Below are positions 14,587-22,295 of a stretch of 37,318 bases of DNA, one piece after another; the stretch's first letter is position 1, and each line of letters opens with the position of its first letter. Source of the DNA: a virus; IMG/VR virus record IMGVR_UViG_3300028584_000261, positions 1 to 37,318 of that record; one strand, given 5' to 3'. The notes under the pieces were generated by a model. The model was not told the DNA's origin. It did no database searches and saw only the letters and a program-made list of their open reading frames with translations. A program made the translations under genes and the position numbers.

Positions 14587-15578
14587 AGCGTCCTGACCTC
14601 GACGGCAATTTCAGTGCAGTACGGAGCCTCGTGCGCGGCGCCCTCGATCGGCACGAGCGGCTCGAGCAGCTCGAGGCGTTCGGCGCCGGCGGCGTGCAGC
14701 TCGTAGTCGATCCGGCTTGGATCCACATAGCCGCCCAGGCGGTGCCGTGAAGCGGCGTAGGCCGCGAGAGCCGTCTCGGCTGCGACCTTGGTCAGCTGCG
14801 AGTCAGGCCCCGGGCTGATGTAGGCGATCGCGCGGATCTTGTAGGGTTTGATGGTGGCGGCCTGCACCGTGACGAGATCCGTCTCGGGGCGCACGTCATC
14901 ACGCGCAAAGTGCGCCACCTCGGCGGCCAACAGCTCGGCGCTGGGCGTGCCGTTGCCTTCGCGGGAAAGCACCGTAACCGCCACTTGCCCCGGGGCAGTC
15001 TGGCGGCCGTTGGCGTCTTTCACCTTGGCCACGTTGCTGTCGGCCTCGAAGGTGTACGTCACCACCACCTTGCCGGCCTCGGGGGCTTCCACAGTCACCT
15101 TGGCACGCTCGCCCAGGGTCATGGCCTCGCGCCGGTAGTGCAGGCGCGAGCCTGCAGCAGGGGCGTGTGGCGCCAGGTAGTAACGCAACCGAAAGTCGGC
15201 GTCCTCCTCGAGCACCGGATCAACCGGCGGGAAGGCGTTCGGATCGCCTGGGCTGATGGTGCGACGCTCGAGGCCGAGATCCGCGCCGCGGGCGTCCAGG
15301 TTGCTGCCAGTTGCCCACCAGGCCAGCAGCTGCTTGATGCGGGCGTTGTATTTGCGCTCGTGCGTCTGTAGCCGCACGGTGAAGGCCTCGAGGACCATCG
15401 TCAGCAGCTCGCTGTCGTTGTCCAGGGACTCGGCCAGGCGCTCGGCCTTGGCCGGATCTCGCGCGGCCACGTAAGCCAGCACCTCGGCCTTGAACTCGGC
15501 CAGCAGCGGCTCGAACTGCTCGACGTTGACGATCTCGGGCTCGGCCAGCTGGTTGAGCCCCGGAATAAGCATGCTCAC
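14583..15578 (-). CDS. Baseplate protein, P2 gpJ-like
   Basis: 331 aa between the gpW-like and gpI-like genes, with overlapping stops and starts. Confidence 0.8.
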   Translation of the reverse strand: MSMLIPGLNQLAEPEIVNVEQFEPLLAEFKAEVLAYVAARDPAKAERLAESLDNDSELLTMVLEAFTVRLQTHERKYNARIKQLLAWWATGSNLDARGADLGLERRTISPGDPNAFPPVDPVLEEDADFRLRYYLAPHAPAAGSRLHYRREAMTLGERAKVTVEAPEAGKVVVTYTFEADSNVAKVKDANGRQTAPGQVAVTVLSREGNGTPSAELLAAEVAHFARDDVRPETDLVTVQAATIKPYKIRAIAYISPGPDSQLTKVAAETALAAYAASRHRLGGYVDPSRIDYELHAAGAERLELLEPLVPIEGAAHEAPYCTEIAVEVRTL

Positions 15579-15907
15579 GTGACCACCTCGAACGACATTT
15601 TTCGGTTTTTCCAGGTGCCGGCCAGGCGCAGGCGTAGCCCTGCGCCATCACGGGTCGCGATAACCGTCTCCGGCTTGAATTCGCTGATGCCGTTGGCCGC
15701 GTTGTAAAAGGCGTCGATAGCATCGCCCTGCGCGAGGATCAGCAGGCCGTCGCCCATGTTTTTGGCCAGACGCGTCGGCAGGCGGCACCCATACAGCGGG
15801 CGCTTTTGCCGCGTGCCGAGCGGCGTCGTCAGGGCGCGGGTCGCGCGCTGGACGAACTGCGGCCAATCGTCGACGGTGGCGCCCGTGTCGCGGTCGATTC
15901 CGATCAT
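15575..15907 (-). CDS. Baseplate protein, gpW/gp25-like
   Basis: 110 aa. Position V-W-J-I. GPW_gp25-like size. Confidence 0.75.
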   Translation of the reverse strand: MIGIDRDTGATVDDWPQFVQRATRALTTPLGTRQKRPLYGCRLPTRLAKNMGDGLLILAQGDAIDAFYNAANGISEFKPETVIATRDGAGLRLRLAGTWKNRKMSFEVVT

Positions 15908-16515
15908 GCTGGTACCCCGCCGAGGCTCGGCCCGCCAGAATTCAGGTGATGGTGATCCTTGCCGATGTTCTTGCCGTCGTGGTCGACAGCGCCACCGATG
16001 TGCGAGAAGCCCGCGGCGGTGACCTCGAAGCCCACCGCGCCGAGCATGACGACGACGCCCTCGCGATCGGCTTTCACCGACAGCGGGCCGTTCTGCCAGT
16101 TGAAGGCGTGCGCGGCGTGGTCATAGCTGCTTTCGGTACCGTCCGGATATGTGCGGCGGACCAGCTCGGCCGCCGTCGAGGCCAGCGGGAACGAGTCGCG
16201 CGGCAGGCCGCACAAGGCGACCGACTGCGCGCTGCCATCGCCGCCGCCATAGTTGATCAGCAGGCATTGCTCGCCGACCGAGGGGTGACGGGTTTCGTTC
16301 ACCTCGCCGGCGGCTGGGTTGAAGTACTTCACCGGCGGCGAGGTCAGGTCGCCGTGGCTGACCGTGCATGTGCCGGACGCCGTGTCGACGCTGGCCACGG
16401 TACCGAGACGGGCCTGCCCCTCGGCGCGGCGCTGCAGGTCGTCGATTTCCGCCTCGAGCTCGAGGAGCCGATCGAGGATCGGCGCCAGGGCGATGCGCAG
16501 GTATGCGTCAAACAT
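15904..16515 (-). CDS. Baseplate assembly/spike protein, P2 gpV-like
   Basis: 203 aa. N-terminal helix, then a GTV..VD....C.V OB-fold-like segment typical of gpV. First gene of the V-W-J-I block. Confidence 0.75.
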   Translation of the reverse strand: MFDAYLRIALAPILDRLLELEAEIDDLQRRAEGQARLGTVASVDTASGTCTVSHGDLTSPPVKYFNPAAGEVNETRHPSVGEQCLLINYGGGDGSAQSVALCGLPRDSFPLASTAAELVRRTYPDGTESSYDHAAHAFNWQNGPLSVKADREGVVVMLGAVGFEVTAAGFSHIGGAVDHDGKNIGKDHHHLNSGGPSLGGVPA

Positions 16516-17063
16516 TACGCCCCCTCGAGCGGTACGAACTCGTCCTCGGTGCGGGGCGAATCATCGTCGAGCCGCCACGAGACCAGCGGCATGCCGGTGA
16601 TGCGTGGCTCCTCGATTGGCAGGCCTGGCGTAATCACCTGGCGGAACGTCACGCCCCAGGCGTCATAACCGTCGTCGCCCTTCTGGAACATCGACGGGCC
16701 GCTGTGCAGGTCGCACGGCACCTCGCAATTCAGGCCGCGGAATCCCCAGCGGTTGAGATCCGCCAGGCGCTCGAGGCATGTGGCTAGGTTGCCCGCCTCG
16801 AGCGCTGCAAATTTGCGCGAGCGGGCGACCACTGCATGCAGGGTCACGCTCACGGTATGGGCATAACGCCCGTCGTTCTGCCGCTCGCTCGGCGACGTGC
16901 GCTCGAGTTCGATCAGCACGGTCGCGTCGCCGACGGAACCGTCCCACTCCTCGTAATTCGCCACGTTGACGCCCAGGCCTGCGGCATGGATGGCTTCACC
17001 GATCGCGAAAAACAGATCCGACAGCTTGTCGAGCGGCCGGAAAACCTTACTGACTGAGGACAT
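16515..17063 (-). CDS. Putative tail terminator/completion protein (lambda gpU-fold-like)
   Basis: 182 aa following the gpZ-like gene. Weak pattern similarity to gpU/DUF1834-type proteins. Confidence 0.4.
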   Translation of the reverse strand: MSSVSKVFRPLDKLSDLFFAIGEAIHAAGLGVNVANYEEWDGSVGDATVLIELERTSPSERQNDGRYAHTVSVTLHAVVARSRKFAALEAGNLATCLERLADLNRWGFRGLNCEVPCDLHSGPSMFQKGDDGYDAWGVTFRQVITPGLPIEEPRITGMPLVSWRLDDDSPRTEDEFVPLEGA

Positions 17064-17568
17064 AACGGGCCTCTTGTTCGAACAGCTCGGCGAACCGCTC
17101 CATCGCGCGCTTTTCCCAACGCGACAGCACGTCCATGGCCGGACCGTCCCAGTCTTCCGTCACGCGCTCGATCGGTAGGCGCTCGCGGCCCTTGCGCCGC
17201 CAAACAAGGCGATGCCGGGTTTTCATGGGGGAGATAAACGCGTCGTCGTAGGTACGGTGCCCGACCTTGACGCCGGTCGGGGTCTGCTCAGGCGTGCCCA
17301 AGTAATGCACGCTGATCGGGTTAAGGCCGACCCACAATTTGACTTCGCTCGCGGTCGATCGGCTGTTGATGATGTAGCGGTGCCGAACCGGGCTTTGCGT
17401 GATGCGCAGCTCGCGGGCGATTTCCCGCGTGCTGTGCGTGCGCAGCCATTGCGCGGTTTTGCGCAGGGCACGGGCGGCGGCCAGGTCCAGTTTTTTGGGG
17501 GCGTCCCGGAGGAGTTCCTCGACGCTGGCCCAGCCGTCCGCCTCCAGGTTTAGTTCGTAGCCTGCCAT
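17047..17568 (-). CDS. Tail completion protein, lambda gpZ-like
   Basis: 173 aa. ALRKTAQWLRTHSTREIARELRI...VKV...FI...R..PIERV pattern parallels lambda Z. Confidence 0.55.
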   Translation of the reverse strand: MAGYELNLEADGWASVEELLRDAPKKLDLAAARALRKTAQWLRTHSTREIARELRITQSPVRHRYIINSRSTASEVKLWVGLNPISVHYLGTPEQTPTGVKVGHRTYDDAFISPMKTRHRLVWRRKGRERLPIERVTEDWDGPAMDVLSRWEKRAMERFAELFEQEARYVLSQ

Positions 17569-17927
17569 TTGCCGCGCTCCGGCTTGGATTCCCGCGCCCC
17601 GTAAGGCACGAGGGTCATCAGCGAGCGGATCCTGCCGAGCGGCTCGACGTTGGCTATCGACCAGCCGACGCCGTCGAGCTCGAGGCGCTGCGCGCGGTAG
17701 AGCTCGGGCACGTCGCGGGTCGCGATCTGGACTTTCACCTGGTCGGGCCGAACGCGCAGGTTCGCCGCGTTGGGATCGATGCCGGAGCGATACAGCGGCC
17801 CGGATCGATCGCGCGGATTCTGCATGCCGAGGATCTCGCGACCTGGCTGGCCGTCCACGATCAGCACGAGCCGGAGCCCGAACTCGTCCGGATCGAAGAA
17901 CGCCTCGAGGTCATCCTCGCCGATCAC
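17550..17927 (-). CDS. Head-tail joining protein, lambda FII-like
   Basis: 125 aa. FFDPDEFG ... LRVRPDQV ... W.I..VEP.GR...L.L pattern parallels lambda FII. Confidence 0.55.
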   Translation of the reverse strand: MIGEDDLEAFFDPDEFGLRLVLIVDGQPGREILGMQNPRDRSGPLYRSGIDPNAANLRVRPDQVKVQIATRDVPELYRAQRLELDGVGWSIANVEPLGRIRSLMTLVPYGARESKPERGKWQATN

Positions 17928-18343
17928 TTCGACTTAGCCGCCGCGACCGGCTTTTCGGCTGCAGCCTTGGCCGCTTCCAAGGCCTTGACCTCGACGCCGA
18001 GGGTTTCTTTCTGTTTGCCCAGGTCGTCGACGTCGGACTCGAGCGCCTGCAGATCACCGGCGAGCTCGGTTTTCCGCGCCTGCAGCTTTTCGAGCTCGAC
18101 CTCGAGGGCGCGTTTCTGCGCGGCCAGTGCGTCGACGTCATCGAGCAGCGCCTCGGCCTCGGCCACGTCGCCCTGATACTCGGCGATTTCCTCGGCGGTG
18201 GCAGCACGGGCGATTTTGGAGCCCTTCCATTGATTCGCGAGGCGCTTCTCGACCTCGAGGGTCGTGCCGACCGGGATCAGATCGCCGTGCTGCATGATGT
18301 CAGTCAGCAGGACGATAAATGCGGTCATTACTTGCATTCCCAT
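17924..18343 (-). CDS. Coiled-coil protein downstream of the capsid gene (139 aa)
   Basis: GGGAG RBS. The C-terminal half is a long Ala/Glu/Leu coiled coil. Function unknown. Confidence 0.6.
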   Translation of the reverse strand: MGMQVMTAFIVLLTDIMQHGDLIPVGTTLEVEKRLANQWKGSKIARAATAEEIAEYQGDVAEAEALLDDVDALAAQKRALEVELEKLQARKTELAGDLQALESDVDDLGKQKETLGVEVKALEAAKAAAEKPVAAAKSK

Positions 18344-18366
18344 GTTCTTTGCTCCCGCAGGTCAGA

Positions 18367-18390
18367 TAAAAAAGGGGGCCGAAGCCCCCT
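18367..18390 (-). terminator. Terminator/attenuator after the major capsid gene
   Basis: Minus strand AGGGGGC-TTCG-GCCCCCT followed by TTTTTT. Confidence 0.65.
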
Positions 18391-18413
18391 CACCTGCCCG
18401 CATCAGGTTCTAT

Positions 18414-20303
18414 TTACGCCGCCTTCTTGGCGATGACGAACGACTCGGTGCGGCGGATGGCTGCGTCGACGTCCTGGAAGACGCGGAGCATCAGGCCATC
18501 GCTACCGGCCAGCGCGTAGGGGTCGGGCTTGAGATCCAGAACGCCCCACATGCCGCAGACGATCTGCGAAAAGTCGCCGTAAACCCAGGTATTGGCCGGC
18601 ACCTGGTTGCTCGCGGTTGCCTTGTAGCCGTTGACCTCGTTGTCACGGGTCCACACGCGCTCGCCAGTGTTGTCGAACACTTGTTTACGCTTGGCCGCGC
18701 CGCGCTGGGTCGGGCTGGTCAGATAGGCCAGCGAATCGCCCTCGACGTTGAAGGTCGACGCCTTAGTTTCCATCTCGACGACCGCATCGAAGTCGATGCC
18801 GGTGGCCAGGTAGGACATGGCCGGGATGCCGGCAGCGTTCAGCAGGCCGAGCGGCATGTTGTCGGCACCGGTGCCGGTCAGCATGGCCAGGTCGATCGCA
18901 ACGCCCAGGCCGTCGATCAGGTCGCTGATGATCAGCGCCTCGATGGACTTCGAGGCCTGCTTGCGCAGACGGCGGGTCACCGGGATCGCGCCGCCGATGG
19001 TTTTCGGCGACAGCGGCACGGTGCTCAGGTCGAACGAGCTGTCGGGCACGTTCTGACCTTCGCCGAGCCAGTAGAAGTTCGAACCGCTGACCTTTTTCGG
19101 CAGATCCAGGTCGCCGACCAGGCCGCCGAGCAGGCGCATGCCGAGGCGAGCCATGATCGTCTTGTTGCGCAGGATGTCGACGAACTCGCTGATGCGCAGC
19201 TCGGTCGCGACCAGCTCGCCACCCTTGCCGACTTGACCTTTCGACATACCGGCGCGATAGCCGGCCATCAGCAGGTCATGCGGCACGTAGAAGCCGCGAG
19301 CCTCTTTCTTGAGGGTATCGCCGAGGGCGATGTTTACCTCGCGCTCGAGGCCGGCTTTCGACCAGTCCTTTTCGGCGTAGGCGTTCATGGCGCGCATCAG
19401 CGAGTATTCGCCGATTTCCTTATCGGTCAGGCCGAGGGAACGCGCGGAGACGTCTTTCGCGAAGCCTGGCAGGTCGCGCTCGCCATCTTTCGGGGCGGTG
19501 ATGATGACCGGCTTCGGCGCGTTAGGCGCCTGGCGCTCGAGCAGCAGCGCGCGGAACTGGTCGATGCTGTGACCCTGGCCAACGGCCTCGGTCGCGAGAT
19601 CGCGCTGCCCGAAACGATCGCCGAGGGCGATGATATCGGCAATGCGGGAGCGCTCCGCAACGAGCGGATCGGCGGTGACGGTGGTCGGTTCCGCCGGGGT
19701 ATTTTCTTTGGGCATCGTGCTACCTCTAACAATTACGGTGTGCGTGGTTTCAGCTTGGGAACGCCCTACCCCGACGGACGGGTCAGCGGGCACGGAAACG
19801 ACGGAAACCTCGAACGGTTGCCATCGGGTGACGCGGTAGTGATCGAGGCCGGCCTCGCTGCGCTCGAGCACCATTTCGAGCGGGATGTAACCGACCGAGA
19901 CGTTCTGGCGGATGCCGTCGGCGATGTCGTTGAAGATCCGCGAGCCTTCGTCGCCTTTCGAGAAGCGGATCCGCGCGCGCAACTTGCGATCGGCGGCGAG
20001 CCATACCTCCTCGACGACGCCGACCTGCGACCAGGCCGAATGCCGCTCGTGCTGGATCAGCACCGGCGCGCCGGAGCGCATGCGCTCGAGGTCGATCGCC
20101 GCGTCGGTGTGGTCGAGCACTTCCATGCCGAACCATTGCCGGACGGGGTACTCGCTCGAGACCGCGATCTCGACGGTGCGGTTTTCCTGGTCGAGGGTTG
20201 AAAGGTCGACGCCGAGCGCCCGCGTGACTGGCGCGGACTGGAGCGTCCGCAGGACCGGCAGCGGGGCGCTAGTCGTCGTCGGGGGCGTCGTCGGCTTTGT
20301 CAT
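18414..20303 (-). CDS. Prohead protease (HK97/S78 family) fused to linker/scaffold and HK97-fold major capsid protein
   Basis: 629 aa. The N-terminal ~190 aa has prohead-protease features (VEIAVSSE..., PVLIQHERH..., FEVSVVSVPADPSVG). The C-terminal ~300 aa is HK97-MCP-like (VDILRNKTIMARLG..., PVTRRLRKQAS..., VFQDVDAAIRR). Confidence 0.8.
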   Translation of the reverse strand: MTKPTTPPTTTSAPLPVLRTLQSAPVTRALGVDLSTLDQENRTVEIAVSSEYPVRQWFGMEVLDHTDAAIDLERMRSGAPVLIQHERHSAWSQVGVVEEVWLAADRKLRARIRFSKGDEGSRIFNDIADGIRQNVSVGYIPLEMVLERSEAGLDHYRVTRWQPFEVSVVSVPADPSVGVGRSQAETTHTVIVRGSTMPKENTPAEPTTVTADPLVAERSRIADIIALGDRFGQRDLATEAVGQGHSIDQFRALLLERQAPNAPKPVIITAPKDGERDLPGFAKDVSARSLGLTDKEIGEYSLMRAMNAYAEKDWSKAGLEREVNIALGDTLKKEARGFYVPHDLLMAGYRAGMSKGQVGKGGELVATELRISEFVDILRNKTIMARLGMRLLGGLVGDLDLPKKVSGSNFYWLGEGQNVPDSSFDLSTVPLSPKTIGGAIPVTRRLRKQASKSIEALIISDLIDGLGVAIDLAMLTGTGADNMPLGLLNAAGIPAMSYLATGIDFDAVVEMETKASTFNVEGDSLAYLTSPTQRGAAKRKQVFDNTGERVWTRDNEVNGYKATASNQVPANTWVYGDFSQIVCGMWGVLDLKPDPYALAGSDGLMLRVFQDVDAAIRRTESFVIAKKAA

Positions 20304-21768
20304 CCGGCGGTTCCTCTTTCGATGGTTTGTGGATAGGCGCCAAGCCGAGCTTTCGGAGTTGCTCCTCCTCGGCTGCGATTTCCGCGAACACTTCGTCGGG
20401 GTCGTCGCCGTTGGCGCGGATGTACTCGGAGCGGGATTTCGTGCGGTTGCCGATGCTTTCCGAGGCGGCTTTCGAATCCTTGAGCGGATCCACCCAATCC
20501 CAGCCGCGTGCCTGCCAGACCAGCTCGGTCGAGCGTTCCAAGTCGCGCGGAGCGATCTTGATCACGTTGCGGAGAATCGAGGAGTTGAGCCACTCCTCGC
20601 CGACGCGCTCGAGCAGCTCGGAGATCGCGAACTCCTGGACGCACTTGTAAAAATCGCGCTCGTCCAGCTCGCCAGAGCGCAGGCTCGAGAAGCTGACGCC
20701 CTCGAGGTCATGCGCGAGGCGGTGATAACTCGGCCCCAGGCCGGCCGCCGCGTTGCGGTTGCCATCCTTCACGAATGCCGCGTAATCGCTGCCAGGCCCT
20801 TGCGTGTTCAGTTGCTTGAAGTCCACGCCGTAGGGCAGCAGCTTGCCCTCGCCCGGGGTGATCTCCTCCTCGATCGGCGGATCATCATCCTCGTCGGGCG
20901 GGTCGAGCCATTCCGCGTCCTGGACGTAGTGCCCAGTCAGCGACGCGGAGATCCGCGCCTTCACGAGGGCGGCTTGCCGGAACTCGTCCAGGTGATGCAC
21001 GTCCAGGGCCGAGGCGTGCGTCCAGGTGAAGCCGCGCGACTGATGCGGGCGCCACGGGTCGAACGTGTGGATCATTTCGGTCGCGGGGATGCGGTCATAA
21101 CGCTCCTCGGCGCGGCGAATGACGTCGCCGGGGTGATCGCGTAGCAGCCAATAGGCGACCGGCCGCTCCCAGTCGTCGAGCTCGACGCCCATGCGGATGC
21201 GGTTGCCGTTGTCGAGGAGAGTGTTTAGCGTCAGGTCAAGGCGATCGGCCTCGAGGATCTGCAGCGCGAAACCCCAGCGGTTCGACCAGTTGCGAACGAT
21301 GCGGACCAGGACCTCGCCGTCGCGGGCGAGCGTCTCGACCCACAGCCACATAAACGTGACAAAGGAGTAACGACCCGCGACGTCGAACTGCCCTTTTTTG
21401 CAGAACTTTTTCCATTCCTTCTCGATCAAGCGGCGCGTGATGCGATCCGGAAGCCCGTCGGGAAGCACCGCCTTCGACTGCAGGCGGATGCCGTAGGGGC
21501 CGACGACGTTCTGCCGCAGCAGGCGATAAAAGCGCTTGAGCGTGGCCGTGTTGACCGACTGCTCGCGGGCGCGCTGCCTCAGCGTTTCGTGGTCGCCGAA
21601 TATCGCCTGATTCGCGTCGGCATTGGTTGAACGGCGCGCCCAGGCTGCAGAGAGGCCACCGCCGCCCGCCATCTTGAACGAACGACTGCGGACCGTAGGC
21701 TCGCGGCGCTCGATCGGTGGCGGCGCTGAACGCTTGCCCCAGGTGCCGAACCATTTCAGCGGATTCAT
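20269..21768 (-). CDS. Portal protein (lambda gpB family)
   Basis: 499 aa between the W-like and protease-capsid genes. Acidic C-terminal tail. Lambda-type order A-W-B-C. Confidence 0.85.
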   Translation of the reverse strand: MNPLKWFGTWGKRSAPPPIERREPTVRSRSFKMAGGGGLSAAWARRSTNADANQAIFGDHETLRQRAREQSVNTATLKRFYRLLRQNVVGPYGIRLQSKAVLPDGLPDRITRRLIEKEWKKFCKKGQFDVAGRYSFVTFMWLWVETLARDGEVLVRIVRNWSNRWGFALQILEADRLDLTLNTLLDNGNRIRMGVELDDWERPVAYWLLRDHPGDVIRRAEERYDRIPATEMIHTFDPWRPHQSRGFTWTHASALDVHHLDEFRQAALVKARISASLTGHYVQDAEWLDPPDEDDDPPIEEEITPGEGKLLPYGVDFKQLNTQGPGSDYAAFVKDGNRNAAAGLGPSYHRLAHDLEGVSFSSLRSGELDERDFYKCVQEFAISELLERVGEEWLNSSILRNVIKIAPRDLERSTELVWQARGWDWVDPLKDSKAASESIGNRTKSRSEYIRANGDDPDEVFAEIAAEEEQLRKLGLAPIHKPSKEEPPDDKADDAPDDD

Positions 21769-21772
21769 TGGG

Positions 21773-22288
21773 TTACCTCAGAATGCGCTGGATCGGACGA
21801 CCCAGCGGCCAGCGGTTGCTTCGGGCGCGCTGGATCTCGCGCCGGTACTGCAGGCGCAAGGCGTTGAGCCGCTCGATCGGGATCCGGTCGAGCCGCTGGC
21901 CGTCGATCTCGTAGCTTTGTTGGTCCTTCGGGATACGCTTCTCGAGCGCCGCCTCGATCAGGGCGAGCATTCGCTCGGCATGCGTCCTGGCGTCGAGCGG
22001 GTCAGCCGTTTCGAGGTTCGGTGAAACCTCGAGCCGGCCCTGCCCAACCGTCACCCGCTCGTCGCCGTTGACCGCCAGGGCGACCCAGCGGTAAAGGCCG
22101 GGTGCCCATGTGGCCGTGGTGCCTGCCGACAGCTCGACGCGGTACGGCGCGCCGCCGATGGCGACGACCTGGTGACGCTCGGGGCCGGTGAAGACGTAGC
22201 GCAGGGACCAGCCCGCACTAGCCAGATAACCGGGCTCGAGCCGCTCCCAGGACACGGAGTCGCCGGCGTGTAGGGTTGTCGGTTCCAT
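21773..22288 (-). CDS. Head-tail joining protein with lambda gpW-like C-terminal domain and ~100-aa N-terminal extension
   Basis: The C-terminus HAERMLALIEAALEKRIPKDQQSYEIDGQRLDRIPIERLNALRLQYRREI parallels lambda W. Lies between terminase and portal. Confidence 0.6.
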   Translation of the reverse strand: MEPTTLHAGDSVSWERLEPGYLASAGWSLRYVFTGPERHQVVAIGGAPYRVELSAGTTATWAPGLYRWVALAVNGDERVTVGQGRLEVSPNLETADPLDARTHAERMLALIEAALEKRIPKDQQSYEIDGQRLDRIPIERLNALRLQYRREIQRARSNRWPLGRPIQRILR

Positions 22289-22295
22289 TGGGGGC

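Noticed and set aside
18264-20201. 645-aa plus-strand ORF antisense to the protease-capsid gene. Similar long antisense ORFs occur at 22893-24392, 9834-11105, 5923-7344, 5853-6833, 32956-33918, 34021-34737, 28123-29436 and 4075-4890.
   Set aside because: These are typical shadow ORFs of a high-GC genome. They lie opposite genes with clear family motifs, are Arg/Ala/Gly/Pro-rich and low-complexity, and lack an RBS. Third-position GC bias favours the annotated strand.
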